NCBI RefSeq assembly: GCF_001194135.2 | Contig: NC_068985.1 | Location: 32,485,145 to 32,549,144, forward strand | Length of the DNA stretch: 64,000 nt | Direction: 5' to 3' | Source of the DNA: Octopus bimaculoides | Taxonomy: Eukaryota | In this document: positions 38,885-51,901 of the stretch, one piece after another | Layout: each line of letters starts with the position of its first letter | Numbering within the stretch: the first letter of the stretch is position 1 | Translations under genes and position numbers: made by a program | Notes under the pieces: generated by a model | What the model saw: only the letters and a program-made list of their open reading frames with translations | Databases searched by the model: none | What the model was told of the DNA's origin: nothing

Positions 38885-41330
38885 TTGTCATTACATCAAT
38901 GTTTTAATGTTTGTTTTTCCATGGGTTGGATCAATTCCCTGTATGATATATCGCTATCATCTTGATCTTCCATCATTTTCTGTGATATTCAGTGTCTTGG
39001 GAGCTGATAATTTCTCTCCACATCTTCCTTGACTTTCTTCTTCCATAGTTACTCCTCAGTTTTTTTCCTCCATAGGAGAGAACTCTTTTTCACTCGGTAC
39101 AGAGCATCCAATTACATCACATGTTCTTACTAGTAATGATGCTTTTAATGCCTGATCAATTTTTCAGTTTGTTTTCTGTCATGTTTGCAGGTTAACCTTA
39201 CATATCTAGCAGTCCATGCTTGACTCATTTCTCTTAAGCTTCTGCAGATTACCATATGGTGCTGATATCTCACTACCATACAGATTCACATTTCATAGTC
39301 ATGCTTTTACACATTTAGAGAAATCACAAGAATCTCAACCTTCTGAAATTCCTTTCCACCTATGTTTTACTTAGAGATGTTCTGACTAAATATTAGCAAT
39401 CACTATTCATGTCAAGAAAAGATAGTTGCAGGTCACCTCTTTAAACATGAGCAGCATGCAACTAAAGTCCTTGTGTTTGCTTCAAATACTAGGCTATGCT
39501 ATAACCGAAGATCTCTATTAATGAATGCACATCTTTCACAGAGCCACTACTGCATTTCAAAGACCAGTCTTTCCTTTCAGAGCCAGAAAATATTTCAGGC
39601 ACTAATAATTATTAATCTTCTGCAAAGCTCAAGTGAGACTCATAATGGAGTACAGTCCCCTCAGCTAGAACAGTGTTGCTGCTACACACACACACAGACA
39701 TCCTAAACTTTCATGCAAAGAAAGTTCCACTCAACTAACAGGCATGCAGTTACTCAGATATGCTCCAGCCTCTGACTCTCTACTTTTTCTGTTGATATTT
39801 CATTTCTGTTCAAGCCACCTGCCATTTCTATTTGCAACTCCCTCATCACTCATGCTGTCTCTAATATGCCAAGCTCCACACTAATCATTACATTTCATTC
39901 ATCAGTCTCTGAGATCTTGCAGAGTTAATGTACTCACTCCTGACTAACCATAAAAACCTTTGTTACTTAGACTTTTTCATTTCACTCTTCTGTACTCTAG
40001 TTACTATGCTTTTGAACCATCTCCAGTATTAATTTGATTGGATAGATAATAGAAGTTATCAACTGTATTTAGTGAATCATCTGAATAGGTCATAGGTGCT
40101 CTTAGTGCTAACAACTGTGCATCTGTCATATCTGAAATCCTGGTTCTCTGTCACTATATCAGAAATTACAATGCACATTTTGTGTACCCATTACTTGCTC
40201 TGTGAATAAAATCTTTGAATTTTTAGATGCTCTCTTTTGACATCAAGCAAGAGCACTTCTCAGAAATTTGTGTTCAGCACTTTGATCTTTGACATTTGAC
40301 CTTTTAGATATTTTAACCAAATTTAGACTATGCTTCCATGTTTAGAAATTTTTCTGCAACTCTTCAAAAGATTCTACAATGGGAACCATATCATCAACAT
40401 AAAGTTCTCAAGAATGTTATTGAACAGAAAGAATGTGCTATTAGGAATTTAGAGTGTGTGGTTTCAAGCTCTGGCACAAACTGCATTTATTAAAGCATTC
40501 TAATTGCTTTTGTAGCAGGATACTTCTGCACCAGTCACTAGGACTAGCATCTTCCTGCATTGCCTGATTAACTAAGTAAGTGCCTGCGAGAGTAAATACC
40601 CTTGAATCACCTATTGCTCTGCTTACTTTAATTTCTTCAATAGCCTTCTGTTGGTTCTCTTCGTGTCTCCCATTATCCTACTTATAATCTTCATTCACCA
40701 AGCACCTATAGAACTTCCTTGACTTTTTGTTTTCACTCTGAGTGCAGGTAACCTTGTGTTGTTTTGGACACGATTCTCTGTAATAAAATCTTCTTTCATA
40801 CAAACACACTACTTCACAATTTTTCAAACCCACTCAACTTTCTTTTGGTGACTTGTTTCTTGCGCAGCTACTTTTTTTATATTTTTCCTTGCTGCACACT
40901 TTCTTCTATTCTTGTTACTTAGCTCATAAAGTCCAATCTGCTGTACTATTCTGGTATTTGGTTGAAAACATACTCCATCTGCAGAATTTACCAGTGGTTT
41001 GCAGTAGTGTTATATTTCTTCCTCTCTCTCTCTCATAATAAGCACTACCTAATGCTGCTGAGTGTTTTGTCCAAAGAAGAACCATTTAACTTCCTTGGTT
41101 GCTTTCCAACATGCCATCATTGATAATGGTAGGAAGGTTGTTCTTGAAATTAGGCCTGGAGGAGGAATGTCATTTCTGTTGGCAGTGGGATTGCCTGATG
41201 GCTATCTAGGGTTCTTCACTCTTAATGCCCACCTATACACTGCACAGTACAAAGATGACAAGTATCAGTCCTGTTTACACAACTGATGCTTCAACTCTGC
41301 AAAGATTTTTATAATAAACTAGATGTCCTT
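38885..41330 (-). mobile_element. Long, heavily decayed RTE LINE
   Basis: Tail-like CCATGGGTTGGA near 38920; reverse-strand remnants resembling YGSE, MQF..PE..TT and DWCRS motifs of RTE RT; boundaries approximate. Confidence 0.55.
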
Positions 41331-41439
41331 TCTATGATAAAGCACCTACAGAATGGACTCTGCACATTATTTTCTATTAGAGAAGTTGGTGTAATGAGAG
41401 CAGTCTGCCATGTTTAAAAACACAATGGAATGATTACCA

Positions 41440-41885
41440 TAACATTTATACATACTCTTATTTTCCATTTCTTTCTGCCTTCACAATCTGTATTTCTCTA
41501 CATGCACTCTGTCACTCAGCCCCCCCCCCTCTCTCTCTTCTTCCCCACATGTTCAATGAGCCTCACTTTCTACATAATCTTCATTCTCTCTCTCCCTGTA
41601 TGTTCTTTATCTCTCTTATGCTGTGTCCCTTTCTCACATGCTCTCTATCATTCTTTCTCTCCATATGCTCATTGTCTCTCTTCTCTTCTTTCTCCCTTTG
41701 CACACACTCTTTCTGTGTCTCTTTACCTGTATGCTCTCTCTCCCTCCTCTCTCTTCACACATGTTCTCTGTTTTGTTCTACATACCTTATCTCACACACC
41801 TTATCTTTTTCTCTTCCCACACTATCTCTCCCTCTCCACATGCTCTCTTTCTCCCTCCCCCACCTCTCTCTCTCTCACACACACA
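41440..41885. repeat. CT-rich low-complexity tract
   Basis: Degenerate (CT)n/(CTT)n; gives spurious S/L/F-rich ORFs. Confidence 0.85.
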
Positions 41886-42211
41886 TTTGTGTATATGTTA
41901 TAACTATTCAAATGTGTGGATTCCAATCTAAAATGTTGTTTAAAAATGTGTAGTTTAATCAGTCCTAGTTTGGATTGATTAAAACAATAAAGTTTTATAT
42001 GAGTAAGATTGAGGGTGGTGTATAGTTTTCTAACACTTCCATTTCTAATGGAGGCATGCAAAACTTTTATTGGCTTTTCATTTAAAATTTGTAAATTCAT
42101 GAAACCTCTTGTGAGAATAAAAAAACTGTAGCAATTATTTTATGCTTCTTATTTCTGCTATTTTCCATTCAAGTAACATTTTATTATGTTGTATTTGGAA
42201 ATTTATTGTAG

Positions 42212-42293
42212 ATACCGGACCCTAATCAAACCACGGAGTACAAGAAAGGATATGTAATGCGCAAATGCTGTTTAGATCCAGATGGTCGACGTA
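42212..42293 (+). CDS. PSD: PSD exon E (PH domain start)
   Basis: ttattgtag|ATA CCG..CGT A|gtatgt; IPDPNQTTEYKKGYVMRKCCLDPDGRR; 82 nt, phase 0 to 1. Confidence 0.96.
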
Positions 42294-42775
42294 GTATGTT
42301 TCATACAAATTGTTTTTTTCTTGTACAATATTTTTAATGGCATTTGGCTACTTAAAATATTTATTTCTTAAAATACATGGTATGTGATTTATTTATTTAA
42401 AAAAAAAAAAACAGAAATTAATCTCTCTTTTATTCATTGATTTCTAGCACAGATTTCTTTGATTTGTCACTCATTATTGTGATTCAGTCAGAGTCAGTGA
42501 TAGAATGTTACTCTTGAATTCTTAATCATTATCTAGAGAGTGATCAGAACTTTTGATCATAATTCAAATAACCAGAGAAATAGACTGGCTATTAATCCAA
42601 TGAATGAAAAGAATATGATTATTAAAAGAATTGATGTTAAAAATTGTTTGTGGTGATCTATTTGCTACTCTAATGTGCTTGGATAATGATGATGGCAAGT
42701 CTTTTAGTGCTTGAAATAAGTTTTATTACTTCATCTTTATTATATTTGTCACTTTTTTGTCTCTCTTTCTTTCAG

Positions 42776-43004
42776 CGTCATTTGGTAAGCGAGGTTGGAA
42801 GATGTTTTATGCTTCATTAAGAGATATGATCCTTTATCTTCACAAAGATGAGCATGGGTTCAAGAAAGGTAACTTAATTGAGAACTCTAGTAATGCCATC
42901 CGTATTCATCATTCCATTGCCACTCGAGCATCGGATTACACAAAAAAACAGCATGTATTTCGTTTGCACACATCAGATTGGGCTGAATATCTTTTCCAAA
43001 CAAG
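42776..43004 (+). CDS. PSD: PSD exon F (PH domain)
   Basis: ctttctttcag|CG TCA..ACA AG|gtatga; (T)SFGKRGWKMFYASLRDMILYLHKDE..IRIHHSIATRASDYTKKQHVFRLHTSDWAEYLFQT; 229 nt, phase 1 to 2. Confidence 0.97.
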
Positions 43005-43311
43005 GTATGATTTTCCCATTTTTGTTTATCTTCCTTTTAATCCAGTAAACCATATTCAGTTAGAAAAAATAAAAATTTAATAGAAAAAAAAACTTGGTAA
43101 TTTTTATTTTTTATTAATTAATGTCAAAATTTATTTTCTGTTTGTTTGAGAATATTCGGAAAAAACATTTATTACAAATAGTCTGTAGCATCTGTGCTAA
43201 ATGACACACTGGCAAAAGCCTATTTGGAAGTCATTTAACAAAGATTAAACTAAATCAGTTTCTCTACAAATATTTACTTTTCCTATCTTTTTGAATTCTC
43301 CATTCTTACAG

Positions 43312-43456
43312 TGACAGTAAAGAGCTCCAAGAGTGGATGGAAACTATTAATTACGTTGCAGCTAGTCTATCTGCCCCACCATTACCTGGAGGGATAGGTT
43401 CTAAGAAGAAATTTCAGCGACCCCTTATGCCTTCTTCTTATACTAAGAAAAATCTG
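43312..43456 (+). CDS. PSD: PSD exon G (PH end, proline-rich linker)
   Basis: ttcttacag|T GAC..AAT CTG|gtatgt; (S)DSKELQEWMETINYVAASLSAPPLPGGIGSKKKFQRPLMPSSYTKKNL; 145 nt, phase 2 to 0. Confidence 0.97.
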
Positions 43457-43921
43457 GTATGTACGTTTTTTTAATGACAACAAGCATTTAAACTGTAATC
43501 CAATGGGAGAGTTAGTAACTTCTAATTGTACTTTTAAGGTGTTTTAAAACATTTAAGCTTGCTGCTTTAGATGAAAAATATGAAATTACTTTGGACTAAT
43601 ATTTTGTCCAAAATAATGACTTTGTGTGCAATATTTTTCTTCTCCATCAGTCATGCCAAAGAAGGGAGAATTTAATTTCAAATTAAATATTTTAGTAGTA
43701 TTAAACTTCCTAATTAACCTCAGAACATGCATCAAAATGTGAAGGAAATGAAGAAATAAATAAACTTAGTCAAACATTTTGAATAAAGACTTGATCATTT
43801 TTAGCTGAGAACTAGTCAACTACCTGTTTTATTTCATGTATGTATGATGCATTTTTTCTTATACCCATCTTAAAAGCTAATTTCTGTAATCGAGATTTTA
43901 TTATTTTTAATTCCTTTTCAG

Positions 43922-44065
43922 AGTGAGCAATTAGCTCATCATCAAGAAAAAGTAACTCACCTAGAGAAAGAGTTACACGAACACAGGTTGTGTCCACCAG
44001 AAAAAGGCGCTAAAGCGCGCATAATCCATGATTATGTTGAAAAAGAGCAATTTTTAGAATCTGAG
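43922..44065 (+). CDS. PSD: PSD exon H (coiled coil)
   Basis: ttccttttcag|AGT GAG..TCT GAG|gtaaat; SEQLAHHQEKVTHLEKELHEHRLCPPEKGAKARIIHDYVEKEQFLESE; 144 nt, phase 0 to 0. Confidence 0.95.
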
Positions 44066-44604
44066 GTAAATTATCTTCTGTTACTTTTAAATTAAGCCTG
44101 TTACTGATTACAGATAAGTTGACTCTTTTTACTATGTTCCTTTCATTATTCTTTTGCATCTAACATTTGGGTGTGTTTGATTCAATTTGCATAAGAAATT
44201 GGTAGTGCTCTGATTTCAAAGTGTTTAAGGTATAAAACAGGTAAGCATATTTTGAATATCAAAATTTTCAAAACCAATCAAACAAAACAACATAGGATAT
44301 CAAAAATATAGAGAAAAGGTATCTCCATTGTTACTATATAATAACATATCTGATTGTCTTTATAGATATAAATTGTAAGGTCCAGTGTTTGGTACCCGGG
44401 AGTTTCTATTTTATTCAGTAGTCATTATATTGAACAACAAAGCTATAGCTATCAAAATAATGTATTTTGTCTAAAAAGTGTACTTTATCAAAACAGAATA
44501 TATATGCAAATCAAGTTTTCATGCAAAACTTGATCCATTTTTAGGCAATCTTATTTTAATCTATCCTTTAGTCACTATTGCTCTTTTATCAAACACTTAT
44601 TTTC

Positions 44605-44910
44605 ATGGCTGTGTGGTAAGTAGCTTGCTTACCAACCACATGGTTCTGGGTTCAGTCACACTGCGTGGCACCTTGGACAAGTGTCTTCTGCTATAGCTTT
44701 GGGCCAACCAAAACCTTGTGAGTGAATTTGGTAGACAGAAACTAAAAGAAGCCCATCATATATATATATGTGTTTGTCTCCCCCACCATTGCTTGACAAT
44801 CAATGTTGATGTGTCTACGTCAATGTAGCTTAGCGGTTTGGCAAAAGGGACTGATAGAATAAGTACTAGGCTTACAAAGAATAAGATCTGGAGTCGATTT
44901 GTTCAACTAA
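44605..44910 (+). mobile_element. SINE family A
   Basis: ATGGCTGTGTGGTAAGTAGCTTGCTTACCAACCACATGGTTCTGGGTTCAGTC..GGCACCTTGGACAAGTGTCTTC; A-box and B-box-like motifs; lacks the extreme tail. Confidence 0.92.
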
Positions 44911-45596
44911 GTTTTGTAAGGAAAAGATAAGTGACTGATCATTCTCATTGTATTTACCCATGCACATTTTATTAACCACATTAGGAGTAGAAAGTAAATT
45001 TCATACAGATGGGATTTGAATTCTGTTACACTGAAAATTTTATTCTGTTAACTCTCACCTAAGTTATAACAAATGGTGGTAGTGGAGATAGTAGAATTGG
45101 TAGGGCATTGCACAGATTACCCTGTGGTATTTCGTTACATCTCTTTACAACTTGTTCAAATCCAACACAGGCCTACTTTGCTTTTAATCTTCCCAAAGTT
45201 TATGAATAATTTCATGTAGTTGTCTATTGTCTTTAAGATAGTGCCACAATTTGGCCACATTTTAATGACTGAAACCAATATGAAGATTTCAAACCATAAC
45301 AATGATTTGGGGAAAATGCTTGAAAAATTCATAATGTATTTTTGAATGAATCATTTATGCTACTCCTATTGCTGATTTTTTATATCAGATGTTTTATATG
45401 CTTTTATTTTTCTAATTCCATGGATTGAATTGATTCAAAAAGGGATTTTCAAATGATTTGTTTGCAATAATAAACACTAGTCATGTGAATTTGAATTCTC
45501 TAGATTCCAATATATATTCTTTAACATGCATTGTTTTTTTTTTTTATGTTTTTAATTATTTCTAATCTCTTTGTTTTGCTTATTTTTGCCTTTCAG

Positions 45597-45878
45597 TTAA
45601 AACGATTCCAAACCTACAAATACCTTTTACAGTCAAAATTGAGTTCTTACAAAACAGAAGTTGAATCCTCATTAGTTGAAACTATTATTGGAGAAGATGA
45701 TGAGACTGCAGATGATTGTGGAGATCGTTGTAGCCCTTCAAATGCAACAATGTCGGTTGTCAGTGGAGCAAGCAGCAGCAACAAGAACATGAAACCAGTG
45801 CAGCGCAGTCTGTCTGATAGGTACAGTTACCGTGCTGCCATCTATCGTTCAGAGCATTTGGATTATGACCTTGTATGA
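45597..45878 (+). CDS. PSD: PSD terminal coding exon I
   Basis: tttttgcctttcag|TTA AAA CGA..GTA TGA; LKRFQTYKYLLQ..RSLSDRYSYRAAIYRSEHLDYDLV*. Exons A-I total 1372 nt and are frame-consistent. Confidence 0.93.
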   Translation, partial: LKRFQTYKYLLQSKLSSYKTEVESSLVETIIGEDDETADDCGDRCSPSNATMSVVSGASSSNKNMKPVQRSLSDRYSYRAAIYRSEHLDYDLV

Positions 45879-46622
45879 CCCAGGTGTTAGCTTGTCTTCT
45901 GATGGAGGGTGCTAAGCTAAAGGGGCAGGAAGGGGGAATGCACTTCATTAGCCATTTGATGGGTGTGGTAAGCCACTAGAGATGTATAGTAAAGATGTAA
46001 TGGAATTCTCAGCCAACTTTGATAACATTTTTTTTTTTTTAAATTTATACTTTTCAGTCATCCCTTGCTTCCTTTCTCCATTGTTTCCTTGGTTTGCTTC
46101 TTGGTGAGGGTGCTTTACTCTTAATTCTGGCTTAGTAACTTACTCCTAAACTCTGGATTAGTAACAACTTAAATAATTCATTACTTTTAGAATACAATCA
46201 TGTTCCAATTCATTAAACATTTTAACCTATTTTATGTGTATGTGCAGGCATGCATATGCACACCAGCATTTACATGTATATAAGATAAGAGGATTACATA
46301 ATTAAAAAAATTTTTATTTGTAAGAATTTTCTAATAGATTTTAAACAGAATGAGGTTTGATTAAATTTAATTGTCGAACTTTTAAACCGAGTGTTATTTG
46401 TTCTTCAACCTGGTTGTTATGACAGTAGTTGTACCAATTATAATAACTGAACTAAATTATGGCTTATTGGAAATTATTCACTAGTGTATTTAGAAAATAT
46501 TTCTACTATTCTTAACAATCCCACCTAGCATGTGCTATTGAGAATCTCATGATTAACATTTGATGTTTATTGGATGGAAATAGTAAAATATGTTTTGGAA
46601 TATATCTATCTACCTATATATA

Positions 46623-46669
<47 letters not shown>

Positions 46670-47254
46670 TTTTCATTTAAAGTATCTTTATTGGCCAGCT
46701 TACTTGCTCCCTCTTAAGACTAGTCATGTGGAACTTAGTCTGGACAAAGTTATGAATGGTGGACAGATTTATTCAATTCACATTTGGCTAGTTTTGTCAT
46801 TTAGATTATATCATAAGTGGAAGAACTGGAGGCCAGGCCATTGTTGTCTCTTGCTGTTGAAGTGTAGGTTCGAATGAAATTGATGAGCCTAAAAAATTTT
46901 AGTATTTCCTTACCTTTCAAATATGTACATTCATCAGTGCCTTCGGTTCTCATAGTACTCTGGCCCTTTCATATACGATCGTATTTTTATTTCTATTCAG
47001 CAGGATTATTTTACATTCTGCTGCTATCTTGGAAAGTTGTGCCAAATATTTCCTTCTGCTATAATGTAAAATATAACACCCTATATTTCCCCACTCATCT
47101 AACAGGGTTTTGGTGATCATGATTCAATTTCAGATGTAAGTGCTGCTGTGCTGATTGTATTTTTTTTTCTCTCTTGCAGTATCTGCAATTGAGCCAGATT
47201 TTTGAGAAGTGATTTTGAAGGGTAACATTTTTGTCACACTTCATCTGTGCAAAA

Positions 47255-47256
<2 letters not shown>

Positions 47257-47303
<47 letters not shown>

Positions 47304-47310
47304 TATATGC

Positions 47311-47342
<32 letters not shown>

Positions 47343-47394
47343 ATATATATGTATGTATGTATGTATATAAATGTGTGTGTGTGTGTTTATATAT

Positions 47395-47434
<40 letters not shown>

Positions 47435-47520
47435 GTATGTATGTGTGTGTATATATATATGTATATCTATATATATGTATGTGTATATATATATATCTAT
47501 ATATATGGTGTGTGTGTGTG

Positions 47521-47553
<33 letters not shown>
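47257..47553. repeat. Compound (TA)n/(TG)n microsatellite block
   Basis: About 300 bp of alternating TA and TG repeats. Confidence 0.95.
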
Positions 47554-49230
47554 TGTGATAAATACAGATTGAGAATTGAATTGTGCTCAAACTATTTTGT
47601 AAATCATTGATGCGTAAATACATTTAACTATTTTCTTGTAATCTTGCTCTGCTCTTCAGTTGTTTGCATTTTGAGTCATTATAAATTAAATTATTGTGAC
47701 TTTAGTAATTTTCTTAGCTACTTTTTATAAATGGATATTATGTTAATATTTTGTGTTTATTTTCAGTTCTTCAAATAATATATTCAGATTGTATAATTTA
47801 GATAACATTATAATTGTCATATTTGAAATATGGCAGATATTTCTGAATGTAAAAACATTGCCTCAATTTTTATGAGGCCTTATAAATGCATTTTTACTGT
47901 GACATTTTCCTCATGGGTTTTGCTTATTTATCATTCCATTATAATTTTAATTTTTATCAGCTATTAATCATTTCAGAAGTTCTGTTGACTGAGTGATTCT
48001 CTGCAGCCCTTTTTCTATAAACTCTTTAACCAATGTTTTACAAGACGGGAGTATTTTTCAAACTCCAGTGGCTCTCTGTACTGAAACTGTTAGCTAATGC
48101 AATGCATTTTCTCTTCAATCGCTTCTGATGATTATACACTACTGGAACAAATCTATGGTGGAAATTTAGCTAATGTTTTTAATGATATCTTGCTGTTGCC
48201 GCTATTACTATCAACATTACAATCTGATGTCCTCTGAGCTTCCATACTTCAAATATCTTTTACTTAAAAAGAAAGGTTGAGGTGAAGAGAAGAAACTTTT
48301 CCCTCTTGAATTCTCAGTTCATTGACATCTTTTCCCTTTCTTTGAATTACTGTTTGGTGTTTTACCTGAGACAGTTAATACTTGTTTGGGTGAAAGCTGT
48401 ATTGAGCAGTTATTGTGATAAGTACCTTTTACTGTAGGGTTGTTTTCAGTCTTTAAATTTTTTTTTTTTTTTCAGATGTAGAGAATTTTAAATTTTGTAT
48501 TACTTTTGAAGTAATAGATGTTATACAAATTTTTAATTTGTGCTAGAATAATTATAATGCATTTTGTGTAATTGAATTGGAACTTTTATTTAAAGTTTAG
48601 CAGAAACGTTATCCATTTTATTAAACAGATATTAGTTATTGTTATTAATCCAAACTATTGAAATTGCAAACCTTATTTAAAAATGCAAAAAGTTCAGAAC
48701 TTCAAAGTGATATTTCATACCTAGGATTTGCATCATTTCTAATGAAGCCTGTTATTAACTTCTGGCTTTTCAACTTGCTGTTGTTTAAACAGTTATCAAC
48801 TACATGAAAAATAATTGCTAGAGTTTGAGAAGACAAGAAGTGGCCTGTATCGGCAAAAATTAATTCAGAAAAGTTACATAAAGTTGGGTGTGCTGGTGTG
48901 TTGTGGGAAGAAGGAAATCTGGTAAGTTGGGCATAGCCCTTCACTGGTGAAAGAATAATAGATTTTTATATAACGGTACAAGACTGTGTTTCTTTCACAC
49001 TCTTCCCTCATGTACACACACGCACATGCAAAACTGTTTGGAAATCATCAAACTGAACTAGGAATTTGTTTTATAAACTTGTGATATTCCTATAGTTATG
49101 CCCAGTTGTTTCCAGTAGCATATACCAATGCTCCACTAAATATCTCCCTCTAATGGCTGATTTTATCATGCAGCATAGAGGACAATCATCATTTTCTTAG
49201 AGAAAAAATACTGTATGTAGGCAATGAACA

Positions 49231-49236
49231 AATAAA
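49231..49236 (+). promoter_or_regulatory. Candidate PSD polyadenylation signal (AATAAA)
   Basis: First canonical AATAAA found by eye downstream of the stop (a second at 49723); earlier ATTAAA variants exist, so the site is uncertain. Confidence 0.3.
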
Positions 49237-50433
49237 ACATACTTCTTGAATTTAAAAAGTTTATTATGCCTAATTATATATATATAAACAAATTTTTTGG
49301 GGGATGGTTTAACATGTTGTGAAATAAGGCCTGATGTTTACAGAAGAGAAAAAGGCTGAATCTTTTAACTCTGGGCTCCAAATGTTCAGTGTTGTTTAGC
49401 AACACAAAAATTCAGGCTGCAATAACTATTTTTTATGCTACTGAGGAAAGTAAACTATGACTAGATGACCCCCCCCCCCTTTCTATAAATGAAAATTCAC
49501 TTATTTTATTTTTTAGAATTTAATGTGTGTTAGTTTTAAGAGTAAATCTTACTAATGCTCAATTATAAATTTATCATAGACATTTGTTGTTCATGTTAGT
49601 AATTTTGAGATTTCTCCTTTACAACTGATTTGCACAGATTCTGTGCTTTATATAAATCGAAAATTAAAATTAATAATTATCATATCAGGAGGAGGATCAA
49701 ATGGTTTGATAGCATCGACTGTAATAAAGTTAGTCACTTTAATTTTAGAACTGGCTACATCAACTCTTTGGTCATTGATGAGTTTCACAAGTCATTAGAA
49801 ATCCGTTTATTTGTTGATGTTAATGGGCAAGTTTGTATTTTGGCTGTCAAAATAACACATTGCTTTCACTTTCTGACAAAGCAATCTTTTTCTTTGTACC
49901 TAAATGTTTGTACAGTTACCTTCTTAACTGTCACAACAAAGAAACAAAATATGTTAATTCACATAAAACACAAACACACACATACAAACTCCCTCTCTTG
50001 CACACCTGCTCACTAAATCATTTGCATGCATTTACACTTAAACTATCAAATTTGTGTGTTAGTGTGTGTGGGACAAAGAGAGAAAAATATTTGTTTTAAA
50101 GTCTCTTGAAATAGAAGAAAAATATCAGAAGCCAAACTTGCCTGTCCACATGTCAAACTTAGTTCACAGCTTCAGAATGTTCATTTAGTTTTAATAAGCA
50201 TTTTTATGGAGAGGGCTTTTTTAAAAAAATTTATTTATCTCTATTTATTTATTTATTTATTTTCCTTTTACTTAATACTATATATTTCTGTTTGGAAATA
50301 ATATTTTAGAGGCTCGTCTTACATTTGTCTTGTTTTTACTAAATGACTATAGGCATTCTTACAAACACCTATATTTGCATATCAAGCTAAATTTCCCATA
50401 AAATTAAATGCAATTATTTCATAGATAATAGCC

Positions 50434-50470
<37 letters not shown>

Positions 50471-50957
50471 ATATATATATATATATATCACACATACATA
50501 TACACACGTGTGTATGTATGTGTACATATGCATGTATGTATATGCATGTGTGTGTGTGTGAATATATATGCTTGTGTGTGTATAAGAAATATGCAAACAT
50601 ATACATCACACACTATTAATATCATTAGGGTGTTTTTTAATATCTAGAGAGAAATTATATCCTGTTTGATTCCTGAACATTTGAGATAGCAAAATGAAGA
50701 AAATGAAAACATGAATACGAGAAGGTAGGATGGAGAGAGGGAATACAGCTTTACAAATACCTTTTCCTCTTTTCATTTGTTCTCTAAATTCATTCTCAGT
50801 TTCTATTGGTATGAATTGTTGATGTCTTTTTCACTATCATCACCTCCCATATCGATTGTTGTTGGTCCAGACTAGAATATTTCATTATTTTCATAGTTAC
50901 TGTCTTAGCTCTTTGGCAAACATATAGTGATCAATTTAATCATTGAATTATTTTATC

Positions 50958-51346
50958 TTCTATCTTTTACTTGTTTAAGTCATTAGACTGTGGCTATGCT
51001 GGGGCACCACCTTAAAGGGTTTAGTCGAACAAATCGACCCTAATATTTTTTTTGGGGGGGGGGGGTAAAAGAAACTGGCAGTTATTTTATTGGTCTCCTT
51101 TTGCCAAACTGCTAAGTTATGGGGGATGTAAATAAATTGACACCAGTTGTCAAGCAGTGGTGGGGAACAGACACACACACACATATGCAACAGGCTTTCA
51201 GTTTCTGTCTATCAAATCCACTCACAAGGCTTTAGTCAACCCAGAGCTATAGAAGACAACACTTGCCTATGGAGCCATGCAGTGAGTCTGAACCTGCAAC
51301 CTGTGGTTGGGAAGCTAACTTCTTACCACACAGCAATGCCTGCACC
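50958..51346 (-). mobile_element. SINE family A, full length, decayed
   Basis: Tail TGTGGCTATGCTGGGGCACCACC, (CA)n and tRNA-like head. Confidence 0.88.
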
Positions 51347-51778
51347 TGTTGACGAATTTTTATTTTAACAAAGTCATTGAGTCCTCATCCTTGGATTAAT
51401 ATTTTTCTGGTAATAATATCCTGTTTGACATTCCTCTTATGGCTTAAACTATAATTATATGTAAGATACTAAACAGCTTAGGGTTTTTCATCCAGATAGT
51501 AAATAAATTTATGAAAAATAAAATAATTTTTAAAAAGATGTTCATAATGTCAGCTTTCAACCACAGAACTAAAATATAGCTTTTAATACTTTGTCATCTA
51601 GCTCTTTTATTTGCTCATAAACTTTGAAGACAGTGAGGTTGGTATCATGAACATTCCAAAATTAACTCTATATGAATTCTAAGTTATTTTATATAAATAA
51701 CCAGAGCTATTCACACAATCGTTGCTACCACCCTCATCATCATCATCATCATCATCATCGTCATCATCATCGATTGGC

Positions 51779-51813
<35 letters not shown>

Positions 51814-51891
51814 CATGCAAGTACACATGTACACACACACACACACACAAATAATAATAATAATAATGATAATAACAATAATATAAATTTC

Positions 51892-51901
51892 NNNNNNNNN
51901 N
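51892..51901. other. Assembly gap (10 N)
   Basis: Run of N. Confidence 1.

Noticed and set aside
42212-44065. Exons E-H total 600 nt with phase 0 at both ends (possible stop-free circRNA or PH-skipping block)
   Set aside because: The flanking inverted SINE-B copies (37801, about 45075) look too diverged to pair; no evidence beyond the arithmetic.
44605-44680. tRNA-like heads of SINE families A and B as tRNA genes
   Set aside because: No complete cloverleaf; they continue into SINE bodies.
49630-50016. 128-aa + strand ORF
   Set aside because: TTG start, no recognisable family, ends in a microsatellite; likely chance in UTR or intergenic DNA.
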